Shown here: piece by piece, positions 18,963 to 27,582 of the stretch
Layout of the letters: every line of letters starts with the position of its first letter
Position numbering within the stretch: position 1 is the first letter of the stretch
Source of the DNA: Candidatus Riflebacteria bacterium HGW-Riflebacteria-1
GTDB taxonomy: Bacteria; Muiribacteriota; Ozemobacteria; Ozemobacterales; Ozemobacteraceae
DNA length: 64,000 nucleotides
Assembly (NCBI GenBank): GCA_002839445.1
Contig: PGYB01000007.1
Coordinates: forward strand, 110,558-174,557
Direction of reading: 5' to 3'
The notes under the pieces: generated by a model
Told to the model about the DNA's origin: nothing
Database searches by the model: none
The model's input: the letters and a program-made list of their open reading frames with translations, nothing else
Translations under genes and position numbers: made by a program

Positions 18963-19603
18963 AAGGTTCGCTTTACTTCCACTTCAACCTTCGCTCCAGA
19001 TTCGGCGATTACATGTGCAAATTCATAGGCATGCTTGTCGGGATGCTCAACTCGCACGTCAAGCGATACCAGGCTGCCGGCAGGAGGATCGTCAGGGTCA
19101 AAAAATGTGCGATCAATTTTGATACTGGCGACGTCTCCTATAACAGTATGATTACTGAAGGTTCTTTCTTTGTTCTCTGGATCTGAACCGTCTTCGAGAG
19201 TTTTTGTGTAGATAATCCTGCCACCGTCAAGCTTCAGTTCGCACTTGAATCTGGCGCCGCTGGTCTCGCTGGTCACATAGGGCAGGCAGATGTGCCATTC
19301 AGCAATCTTGCCGTCTCCAGTCAATTCTTCTGCAGCGGTAAGATAGAATTCATACCCGGTTTCGGTGATCTCAGTACCGCTGAAACTGACCGTGGTCATC
19401 GGTGTGGCTTTTTGCATTTCTTCGCGGACAAAGGTTAGTGCGTTGCGGAGTTTGTTCTGTGTGGCCAGCGACCAGCTGCCCTGTTGAAAGGACCTCGAAA
19501 AGCTGACAAAGACACGATAGCCAATCAGCAGCAACACCGATAGAATCGTTGCCGCCACCAGAATCTCAACCAGGGTGAACCCGGCCTTTTTTGCACATTT
19601 CAT
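18959..19603 (-). CDS. Prepilin-type N-terminal cleavage/methylation domain protein (pseudopilin)
   Basis: MKCAKKAGFTLVEILVAATILSVLLL is a classic type IV pilin / T2SS pseudopilin N-terminus (G|FTLVE). Confidence 0.75.
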   Translation of the reverse strand: MKCAKKAGFTLVEILVAATILSVLLLIGYRVFVSFSRSFQQGSWSLATQNKLRNALTFVREEMQKATPMTTVSFSGTEITETGYEFYLTAAEELTGDGKIAEWHICLPYVTSETSGARFKCELKLDGGRIIYTKTLEDGSDPENKERTFSNHTVIGDVASIKIDRTFFDPDDPPAGSLVSLDVRVEHPDKHAYEFAHVIAESGAKVEVEVKRTL

Positions 19604-19747
19604 ATTCTGAAGTATATCATAGAGACAGACAGAAATACTATCCAGTAAAGAATACGGGTGTTAAAAGATTAACGTTACAAACAAAATTGCCGCGCAACAA
19701 AACGACTGGACATAAAATGCCTGAAGTTCTGACTGGCAGCACTTAAA

Positions 19748-21178
19748 TCAGCTTTTGTTGATGATTTCTTCGATTTTTTCGCCGGTCAAGAGGCTTATTA
19801 TCTCTGCAAGCGGACGTTTGCCAGGTCCCTCGGCTTCTTTTATCATAGCGTCGAGAACCATTATGGCATCGTTTTTGTAAGATTTAAACGTATTTATGAT
19901 CATGTCTTTTCTTATGCTGTATTTTTCGGTCTGGTAGATATTGAAAAGCCTTGGCACAATTTTGTCTGCGTGCATTGGCATTTTAGAAAAGGACTCGATT
20001 GCCCGGTAAACCAAACGGGGATCTTTGTGGCCGAGAAGTTGATAGACCTTTGGAAGACAAAATTCCGCGCCGGGCAGATCAATCTTTTCCAGGGCCTCAA
20101 GAGTTGCAAATACTGTTTCAATCTTGTCATCTTCGAGCAGACTCGAAAATTTACCCATTACCTCAGGGAATGGTTGCCTGATAACGCCGATTTTCCAGAT
20201 AATATCATGCTTTTTTTCGTAATCACTTTCCTTGTCATACTCATTCAGCAGTTGCAGTGCTTTTTCCCGCGATACTGCCAGATCAAAAGATTCGCCCTGA
20301 TCGTCTCCGTATGTCTGCTGCGTATCGTCGAATTGCAGTGGAGTGTCCAGAAATTGCGGTTCGGCATGCTTTACAACGTATGGTTGTGCTGTGTCGGAAG
20401 AGACCAATGCCGGCGCTAATCTTGCGTCGGCAGTCTTTATCTCGGCAGCTGCAGCGACTTCTGCCGCAATTTGAGCGGCTTTTGCCTGGGCTATGATATC
20501 TTTGCATTCTTGCAGCAAAGTCTTTGCTTTGGCTGCTTGTGCACCCTGCGGGTAATCTCTGATGTAATCGGCGAGCATTTCTTCTGATCTGGGATAAAGT
20601 CCGGCGTAAAAGTTGTATGCACCCAGATAAAACTGGTGCTCTGGCTGATTGGCGTTTTCGCTGAAATATTTGAGCCCTCTGTCAATGAAGCCGTAATCAT
20701 TTGCCAGCAGGCTGCGATCAAGTTCTACGGCCTCGACAAAAATTTTGTAAGACTCAAGAAAATCTTTGAACGAATGCTTGTAGCGCGCGGTATTAAGAAG
20801 TTCGCGAGCTTTGGCGGCAGCATCGGTGCTGTCTGCTGCTGCCTTTTTGGGTTGCGATTTAACCAGTTCCTGGAGTCGGGTTATACGGGTAGCAAGACCA
20901 TCAATGCCGGTTTGCAGCTCGCTGGCACGCATAAACGCCTTTAATGCCTGTTCGTAGTCATTGTCGGCCTCGTAGACGTAGCCGAGTGCCAGCCAGAGTT
21001 TGTAAGAGTTCCTGTCAATCTTGAGCTGGCGTGCAAGCAGACCTTTTGCCGCAGAATAGTCTTTTTGTTTGATGAATTCCTGGGCCTGGTTCAGTATGGC
21101 TGAGCTATCAGCCGCGTAACCCGTTAAGCTAAGCGTTGTTGCCAGAATTGTGGCAACAAGAAAACTGTTTGCTCTCAT
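19748..21178 (-). CDS. Secreted TPR-repeat protein
   Basis: Signal peptide MRANSFLVATILATTLSLTGYA. TPR-like repeats (ALGYVYEADNDYEQALKAF), plus C-terminal HEAT-like helical repeats. Confidence 0.6.
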   Translation of the reverse strand: MRANSFLVATILATTLSLTGYAADSSAILNQAQEFIKQKDYSAAKGLLARQLKIDRNSYKLWLALGYVYEADNDYEQALKAFMRASELQTGIDGLATRITRLQELVKSQPKKAAADSTDAAAKARELLNTARYKHSFKDFLESYKIFVEAVELDRSLLANDYGFIDRGLKYFSENANQPEHQFYLGAYNFYAGLYPRSEEMLADYIRDYPQGAQAAKAKTLLQECKDIIAQAKAAQIAAEVAAAAEIKTADARLAPALVSSDTAQPYVVKHAEPQFLDTPLQFDDTQQTYGDDQGESFDLAVSREKALQLLNEYDKESDYEKKHDIIWKIGVIRQPFPEVMGKFSSLLEDDKIETVFATLEALEKIDLPGAEFCLPKVYQLLGHKDPRLVYRAIESFSKMPMHADKIVPRLFNIYQTEKYSIRKDMIINTFKSYKNDAIMVLDAMIKEAEGPGKRPLAEIISLLTGEKIEEIINKS

Positions 21179-21224
21179 AATTTTGTCCTTCTCGTGAAAA
21201 ACAGCGAATTTCAGACAAAAACAA

Positions 21225-21296
21225 AGCGGGAGACGGGACTCGAACCCGCAACCACCTGCTTGGAAGGCAGGGACTCTACCATTGAGTTACTCCCGC
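21225..21296 (-). tRNA. tRNA-Gly (anticodon TCC)
   Basis: Cloverleaf read on the minus strand: GCGGGAG...CCTGC-CTTCCAA-GCAGG...GGTTCGAGTCCC...CTCCCGC. Confidence 0.85.
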
Positions 21297-21318
21297 AGAT
21301 ACCCATTCCGGTGAGGAT

Positions 21319-21400
21319 TGCGAAGGGCGGGACTTGAACCCGCACGGTGTTAACCACCAGATCCTAAGTCTGGCGCGTCTGCCAGTTTCGCCACCCTCGC
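21319..21400 (-). tRNA. tRNA-Leu (anticodon TAG)
   Basis: Minus-strand GCGAGGG...CCAGA-CTTAGGA-TCTGG with a long variable arm, GGTTCAAGTCCC...CCTTCGC. Confidence 0.8.
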
Positions 21401-21490
21401 TTAAGGGTCACTACCGCAACAGTCTAGCAGAAATGCTTCGGATTGGCAATAAAATTTTGAGCGCGCCAGTTTATCTGTTACCATTGTTTT

Positions 21491-22000
21491 ATGGATCTGA
21501 AGAATCCTGATATGCGCGCCTCAATGCTGAGCTTTGATCAGTTCGACGAACTGTTCAGAGGTGCCCTTGCTGAAATTCCCGAGCACTTTCGCGAAGGCGT
21601 GGCGCAGTTTATCATCGAAGAGAGCGTTCACAACTACAGCAGTTACATGCGTGGGCTGTATGTTCTGGGCCATTACATGCCGCGGGGCCACTTTGGCAAT
21701 CCGGTGGTTATTCTCTATTTTGGCTCCTTTCTCAAGGCGTTCCCACATTACCGGATTTCTGAGTTTCGCTCTGAGATTACCAAGACGCTGACCCACGAAT
21801 TGCTGCATCACTGGGAAAACCGCTCAGGTATCGATAACCTTGGCGAAGAAGATCGTCAGCAGCTTATTGACTGGAAAATCAAAACCGGTTACGTGCCCGG
21901 ATCAGTTTCGACAGGCAAAAACTATATTGAGGCCGCATTTTTTGTCTACCTGGTTTTCATCTTTGTTGGTCTGCTGGCGCGCTGGATGGGACTACGCTGA
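21491..22000 (+). CDS. Zincin-like metallopeptidase family protein (HExxH) with C-terminal TM helix
   Basis: LTHELLHHWENRSG HExxH motif. C-terminal hydrophobic segment AAFFVYLVFIFVGLLARW. Confidence 0.45.
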   Translation: MDLKNPDMRASMLSFDQFDELFRGALAEIPEHFREGVAQFIIEESVHNYSSYMRGLYVLGHYMPRGHFGNPVVILYFGSFLKAFPHYRISEFRSEITKTLTHELLHHWENRSGIDNLGEEDRQQLIDWKIKTGYVPGSVSTGKNYIEAAFFVYLVFIFVGLLARWMGLR

Positions 22001-22057
22001 TTTGACTGACTTTTTGTCACTGGACTTGTTGTCAGTAAAATTTTATAATCAGCTATC

Positions 22058-23302
22058 ATGAATAAGACCATTGTTGCTGAAATAATCAGTGTGGGGACCG
22101 AGCTGCTGCTCGGCGAGATCATTGATACCAACGCCGCTTTTCTTGCAGAAAGAATGCGCGACCGCGGAATATTCGTTTATCGCAAATCAACGGTCGGTGA
22201 CAACATTCATCGCCTGACCGTGGCTTTAAAAGAAGCCTTGCAACGTGCTGACCTGGTGATTGTCGGTGGCGGACTTGGTCCGACCGACGACGACATGACC
22301 AGAGAGGCCATCGCCAGTGTCGTCGGCGAAGAGCCTTATCTTGATTCGAAGCTGCTTGAGAGTCTTCGTGGTATGTTTGCTGCGCGTGGGCGCGCCATGC
22401 ACGAAAGCAATAACAAGCAGGCCTGGCTGATTAAAAGCGCGGTTGCTTTGCCCAACCCGGTTGGCACCGCTGCCGGGTGGTTTGTTAGCATCGACCAGAA
22501 AGTTATTGTTGCTTTGCCAGGTCCACCGCATGAACTCAAAAAAATGTGGCACGAGCAGGTAGAGTCACGCCTGCCGGTGTCTGATCAGTTCATCTATCAT
22601 CGCACTATTCACACTGCCGGAATCGGCGAATCTGATCTGGCTTCAAGAATAAGTCAGTTTACCAGACTTGAAAGTCCCGGCATCGGAACCTACGCGCGAA
22701 ACAGTGGCGTTGACATACGTGTTGCCGCGGTGGCGCCAACTATGGCGCAGGCAAGGGCTGTGGCTGACCCTGTTCTTATGGAAATCGCAGCGATATTGTC
22801 GCCATGGATCTTCGGTTATGACGACGAGACACTGGTTTCTGCAATTATGAAAAAGTTGCTAGCCGCCAGGCAGACCTTTGCCTGTGTTGAATCAGTTACG
22901 GGCGGCAGCCTGGCTGCAGAAATCACCGATTGCCCTGGTATCAGTTCATGCTTTGCCGGATCGCTGACCGCATACGCGAATTCGGTAAAGATTGGCGCCG
23001 GTGTTGCCGAAGAGCTGATAAGAGAGCATGGTGCAGTATCTGAGCCGGTTGCGCTGGCGATGGCGCGGGTGGCCAGAAAAATGTTTAATGCCGACTGGGG
23101 CCTGTCTACTACTGGCGTTGCCGGTCCAGATAGCCTCGAAGGCAAAGTGGCGGGTACTGCGTGGATTGCTGTAGTCGGGCCGAATATCGAATGGTCGCAG
23201 CTCATAGACTGGCCTGGTAGCCGGCAGATGATCAAAAATCGTATCTGTCGAAGTGTTTTTCAGAGTTTTTTTAAATTACTCAAGGAAGAAAAGTGCCGAT
23301 GA
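22058..23302 (+). CDS. cinA: Competence/damage-inducible protein CinA (MocF-like N-domain plus NMN deamidase C-domain)
   Basis: N-terminal AEIISVGTELLLGEIIDTNAAFLA. C-terminal CinA domain FACVESVTGGSLAAEITDCPGISSCFAGSLTAYAN. Confidence 0.9.
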   Translation: MNKTIVAEIISVGTELLLGEIIDTNAAFLAERMRDRGIFVYRKSTVGDNIHRLTVALKEALQRADLVIVGGGLGPTDDDMTREAIASVVGEEPYLDSKLLESLRGMFAARGRAMHESNNKQAWLIKSAVALPNPVGTAAGWFVSIDQKVIVALPGPPHELKKMWHEQVESRLPVSDQFIYHRTIHTAGIGESDLASRISQFTRLESPGIGTYARNSGVDIRVAAVAPTMAQARAVADPVLMEIAAILSPWIFGYDDETLVSAIMKKLLAARQTFACVESVTGGSLAAEITDCPGISSCFAGSLTAYANSVKIGAGVAEELIREHGAVSEPVALAMARVARKMFNADWGLSTTGVAGPDSLEGKVAGTAWIAVVGPNIEWSQLIDWPGSRQMIKNRICRSVFQSFFKLLKEEKCR

Positions 23303-23856
23303 ACGAATCACTCAGACTCTTTTTTGCAATCGAAGTGCCCGAAGAAATGCGCAACGAAATCGCCCGGTTTGGCGAAACCCTTGATCGTAGCTGGAAACCG
23401 TCGCATCCGGGGCAGCTCCATATTACACTCGCTTTTATGGGGGCTGTGCCTCATGAAGAACTTGCCAGGGTTGTAAAGGCTGGCGAAGATGCTGCCAGCA
23501 GGCTGGCAAGTTTTTCGCTGGCGATATCTGATACAGCCGTATTTCCTGAAACTGGCGAACCTCGTGTTCTCTACGCTCAAGCTGATGGCGGAGAACCGTT
23601 GCTTGACCTGGCAAATAACCTGCGTCAACAACTAGTTGACCTGGCTGACACCAAAAAAGTCAAACCACATCTGACATTGGCACGTAATCGTGGCACCAGA
23701 TCTGCCCGCCGCGTTTTGCGAAAATTCAGAGGCAACTGGGAAGTCGCTGAATTTGTACTGTTCAAGAGTGTTCTCACGGCAGATGGCGCCAATCATGAGG
23801 CATTGCAACGCTTCAGATTGAACGGCGCCGCCAGCGTCGACAGCAGCGACAAATAG
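23299..23856 (+). CDS. thpR: RNA 2',3'-cyclic phosphodiesterase (2H phosphoesterase, LigT/ThpR)
   Basis: RLFFAIEVP...HITLAF...HLTLAR are the two H-x-T/S-x motifs. A GTG at 23293 is an alternative start. Confidence 0.8.
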   Translation: MNESLRLFFAIEVPEEMRNEIARFGETLDRSWKPSHPGQLHITLAFMGAVPHEELARVVKAGEDAASRLASFSLAISDTAVFPETGEPRVLYAQADGGEPLLDLANNLRQQLVDLADTKKVKPHLTLARNRGTRSARRVLRKFRGNWEVAEFVLFKSVLTADGANHEALQRFRLNGAASVDSSDK

Positions 23857-23861
23857 AAGAC

Positions 23862-23909
23862 AAAAAAAACGCGACCCGTTACCAGGTGGTAGCGGGCCGC
23901 GTTTTTTTT
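23862..23909. terminator. Bidirectional rho-independent terminator
   Basis: A8-CGCGACCCG...CGGGCCGCG-T8 between convergent thpR and the 23912 (-) gene. Confidence 0.75.
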
Positions 23910-23911
23910 GC

Positions 23912-25252
23912 TTACTTGTTGAAGTTGGCGTCGTGCATTGCTTTAATGCGTTCGAGCGATCTTTTTACGTCAGCCACTTTGCGTTTGTAAGGCGCGATAT
24001 ACTCTTCAATAATCTGTGTGCGGCTTGACAGCAGACGGTCGTAATCATCACGGGCTGAGCGAACGTCGCGTTCGTAAGGCCTGAGATAGTCTCTGATGAT
24101 CTGTTCGCGGTTTCTGCGAACATCGATCAGTTCTCGATTAGCATTGTCAAGATTGCGTTTGGCACGTTCGATATCTTCGGGCAGGGTCGCGGTATTCTTG
24201 GTGAGCTCATTAAGGCGATCCTGTGCGCGTTTTGCATTGAGTTCAGCGTTGCGCACGCGGTTTTCGTATTCACGGTCGGCGTCATATCTTGCCCGGCGCA
24301 GACGGTCTTCGGCGACTTCTATGCTGTTTCTGGCCTGGCGCACGCGGTCTTCAAAATTGCGTTCAGCAGCTTCGCGCTGGCGCTCAAGAATTTCAAGGGC
24401 CACGCGGTAATCGTTCTGGTGACGTTCGAGTATGGCAAAACTGACGAGTTGCGGCGTCTCGTTCATGTCGTTGGCTAACAGCTCGACAGCTTTGCGGTAA
24501 TCTTTGCTTGCCTGCAGGAAATTGCCGTCATAAGCCTTTATGGCCTTGGTAATGTAAACGTCAGAGAGGCGTTTGTAAAAGTCAGGGTAATCTTTGGGGC
24601 GCTGCGGGTAATTGTATTGTTCGATAAGATTAAGGGCCGCAAGCTCAGCTGAGTTTTCTGACCATGGATTCAGAATCTCGAAAAGCCAGTAAACTGCTTC
24701 GCGCATGCTGCCGTCAAGTTTGTAGCAGTCGACTACTTCAAGTAGATTGCTGTCAGTTCGACTCATTTCGAGCAGCCACTTAATAGACTGCTGGTAATCT
24801 TTTTTTGCCTTGTAGCACGCTGCAATGCGGCTTCTGACTTCGTCAGTGCGGTTTTCGACCTTGAGATAGTATTCAATGGCTTTTTCATATTGCCCATGTT
24901 TTTCAAAAGCATGTGCAACATCGAAAACCATCTTCTGCACCTGCTGGGCAGTTGATTTCATCTCGTTGTATTTTTCATTTACCAGGGCTTCTGACTTGGC
25001 GATTTCGCTTTCAAGGGCTTTTTTCTTGCTGCCCTGAAACCAGCCACTCGCGCCATCATATTTTGAGCGATCCTGCTGCAGTTTGTCGAGCCTGAGTTCT
25101 GGTTCGAGCAATTGAGTTTCAATGCTTATAAGCTTTTTTTCAAGGTCTTCGATGTCTTTTTCTTCGGCGGCACCGGCTGCTGTGATGAAAGGATTGATAG
25201 CCATGCTTACCGAAAAGATACCAGTTAAAATCAGATTCTTATTGATGTTCAT
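23912..25252 (-). CDS. Secreted coiled-coil/TPR-like protein of unknown function
   Basis: Signal peptide MNINKNLILTGIFSVSMAINPFITAAGAA. TPR-like central part. The C-terminus is Arg/Asp/Glu-rich with imperfect repeats (RDYLRPYERDV / EEYIAPYKRKV). Alternative start at 25270. Confidence 0.5.
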   Translation of the reverse strand: MNINKNLILTGIFSVSMAINPFITAAGAAEEKDIEDLEKKLISIETQLLEPELRLDKLQQDRSKYDGASGWFQGSKKKALESEIAKSEALVNEKYNEMKSTAQQVQKMVFDVAHAFEKHGQYEKAIEYYLKVENRTDEVRSRIAACYKAKKDYQQSIKWLLEMSRTDSNLLEVVDCYKLDGSMREAVYWLFEILNPWSENSAELAALNLIEQYNYPQRPKDYPDFYKRLSDVYITKAIKAYDGNFLQASKDYRKAVELLANDMNETPQLVSFAILERHQNDYRVALEILERQREAAERNFEDRVRQARNSIEVAEDRLRRARYDADREYENRVRNAELNAKRAQDRLNELTKNTATLPEDIERAKRNLDNANRELIDVRRNREQIIRDYLRPYERDVRSARDDYDRLLSSRTQIIEEYIAPYKRKVADVKRSLERIKAMHDANFNK

Positions 25253-25274
25253 GTGGTTTTTTCCCTTCATTTTC

Positions 25275-26288
25275 TCAGCGGGCGTCAACGTATACGTCAC
25301 CAAGGTCGATCTTGCTGAAGTATACTGCGGTGCGCTGGCTGCCGTTTTTAGACATTACCCAGATCTCGGCGAGTGCATTTTTGAGCTGAAGTTTCTTTTC
25401 GCCGGCAATGGTTTCGAGAGTGCCGAGGGTAGCGAGTTCTTTGTAGTTGTTTTCGGCAAGGTATCTGGTCGGATCTTTTTCAACGACAGATTTATACCAG
25501 GAAAGTTCGCCCATAACGCCGTTAGTTGCAGTTGGGGCAATTTTGAAGTCTACTGATTTTTTTCCTGACCAGAAGCCGCCAGAAGTGATTCTGACAATTG
25601 CTTTCATGTCATTCTGAATCAGGTCGCCGCCGAAGTGGCCGAGAATGGCGTCAACCACGAATTTGCGTCCTGAGAAGTAGAAGGTGTGCGTGAGTTCGTT
25701 GCTGCTATCGCTGTTTTCTGAGAGAATTCTGCAGTTGTGTCTCTGAAAAATGCTCTTGAGATTATCGAGGCGTCTGTTCTTGTCAGTGTCGGTGAAAGAG
25801 ATGGTTGCTTCGACTACTGGAATGTTGATCATTACCAGGCGGCGCTGGCGGCGATTCATAAGCAGCTCAGGTGCTGCCGCGGCGCGGCCGCTCTGGCTCA
25901 GGGTGATTTCGGGGGCTATTGCGGTGCTGCCGGTTACAAAGCTGGCGCGCTGCTGCAGAAGCTTTTCGACTACAGCAACAGTATGGGCGTTCAGGTCGCT
26001 GTCAGCCGCGAAAGAGGTCAGAGCGTTCTGTGCTGCTGAAAAATCCGCGGGAGTTTCTATGTTGCTGATGATGTCTCTGATTCTTTTCTCAGCTTTGTCT
26101 GCGCGGTCGGCAGCGCCTTCGAATGCCTGTTTCTCGGCACTGTCAGCTTTCTCGCTGGCCAGATAAGCAGCCTGGGAAATGGTCTCGGCATAATTGCCCA
26201 GACAATTGGTAAAATCAGCCTGATCAAAAGCAAAGGCTGAGAGAGAGACCAGAGTTAAGAACAAAACCAGGGCGGTCTTTCGCAACAT
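25275..26288 (-). CDS. Secreted hypothetical protein
   Basis: GAGGAAGG Shine-Dalgarno then ATG at 26288. Signal peptide MLRKTALVLFLTLVSLSAFA. The track ORF is over-extended by 59 codons. Confidence 0.5.
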   Translation of the reverse strand: MLRKTALVLFLTLVSLSAFAFDQADFTNCLGNYAETISQAAYLASEKADSAEKQAFEGAADRADKAEKRIRDIISNIETPADFSAAQNALTSFAADSDLNAHTVAVVEKLLQQRASFVTGSTAIAPEITLSQSGRAAAAPELLMNRRQRRLVMINIPVVEATISFTDTDKNRRLDNLKSIFQRHNCRILSENSDSSNELTHTFYFSGRKFVVDAILGHFGGDLIQNDMKAIVRITSGGFWSGKKSVDFKIAPTATNGVMGELSWYKSVVEKDPTRYLAENNYKELATLGTLETIAGEKKLQLKNALAEIWVMSKNGSQRTAVYFSKIDLGDVYVDAR

Positions 26289-26521
26289 ATCTCGTTTACC
26301 TTCCTCTAAATGTTTAAGGATGTGACAAATAAAGCAAATACTGTACCATCGTCTGAAGCCCTTTTCCGAGGTCATTTGTGTAATAGATGCAAACTTTATG
26401 CTTATTTTCTGGCAGCTGCTCAGCTCAATTTTCAGCACCCGCCTGTTGCGTGCCATCGGTTGCAATTTCGAGGGGGAAGAAGTATATTACGCCGTGAAAA
26501 TGCAACCAAAGGATTCTAACA

Positions 26522-27574
26522 ATGACTAATAAATGCCTGTCTTTATGTCTGATTGCCGCTCTTTTTGTCAGCAGCAGCCTGACCGCGCAAACAGCCAGTC
26601 CCGCAAAAAAGCCTGCTGCAACAACCAAAAAGGCTGCTCAACCGGCCAGCACAAAAGCCGCGCCGGCAAAGTCTGCTTCGGCACAACCCGCCCCTGCGAT
26701 ACAAAGAACAGCAAGCGGTACTGTCGATACTGCCAAAATAGACCCGATTAAGCTGGCCAACCAAATGATGATGGTTTTCATGGAACGCATGAAAGCTGGA
26801 AACTACTCGGAAGCCAGAGAGATAGCCAACCAGATGATCTTTGGTCATGACAGCTTCAAGTCTACCGAGAGCAAACAATACAAAAGCTTCCATTCGATGA
26901 TGGAAAAAGAACTGTATCTGCTTCTTGAAGGCCGCCAGGGTCGCAAGCCAGAAGTAGAATGGGTAGAACAGCCGATTTCTGATGGGTTCTATCTGATTTC
27001 TATTCTTGACTTTCAAGAGGGCAAGCCTGAAGAAGCGCTTGCCAACATGCAGCGCGCAGTTTTTTGGAACCCGGTTCGCTCAGCTTTCTACAGCGAACGC
27101 GGCTTTATGCTGCTGAGAAACAGCGCCGGCCCGAATATTCTGATGGCACAGGTGGCCTATATTAAAGCGCTTGAACTCGCTGACAATGCTGAAGACTTTG
27201 CTGCCGCCCTGCGTGGTCTGTCGTTTATCTTTGTAGAGCGCCGTATGCCTGATGTGGCACTCGCATGCCTTCTGGTTGCCAGGAATTTTCTGCCGCAGGA
27301 CAGTGAAATAGAAGAAGAAATGTTTTTTATCAGGCGCAATTTTCCGGCACTTTACGATTCAATGGATCTTGCCGGCGCCCGTCGGACTCTGAGTAGCAAC
27401 CGCATTCTTGCTGATTACGCTCCCGAGCATGTGCAGGTATTGATACGCCTGGCAGATATCTTTAAATCACCAAAAGATGCGCCGCACGCGCTGAATCTCC
27501 TGCGCAGAGCCTTGGAAATGTCGCCCACAAATAAAGAAGTCGTTCGTCGCCTGCAGGTTCTCGAAAAGAAGTAG
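26522..27574 (+). CDS. Secreted hypothetical protein (Ala/Lys/Pro-rich linker, TPR-like C-region)
   Basis: Signal peptide MTNKCLSLCLIAALFVSSSLTA, then a low-complexity AKKPAATTKKAAQPASTKAAPAK region. Confidence 0.5.
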   Translation: MTNKCLSLCLIAALFVSSSLTAQTASPAKKPAATTKKAAQPASTKAAPAKSASAQPAPAIQRTASGTVDTAKIDPIKLANQMMMVFMERMKAGNYSEAREIANQMIFGHDSFKSTESKQYKSFHSMMEKELYLLLEGRQGRKPEVEWVEQPISDGFYLISILDFQEGKPEEALANMQRAVFWNPVRSAFYSERGFMLLRNSAGPNILMAQVAYIKALELADNAEDFAAALRGLSFIFVERRMPDVALACLLVARNFLPQDSEIEEEMFFIRRNFPALYDSMDLAGARRTLSSNRILADYAPEHVQVLIRLADIFKSPKDAPHALNLLRRALEMSPTNKEVVRRLQVLEKK

Positions 27575-27582
27575 ATCTGCGG

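Noticed and set aside
25122-26166. Plus-strand ORFs of 100-144 aa inside the minus-strand secreted-protein genes
   Set aside because: They are opposite-strand overlaps with better-supported signal-peptide genes and have no Shine-Dalgarno.
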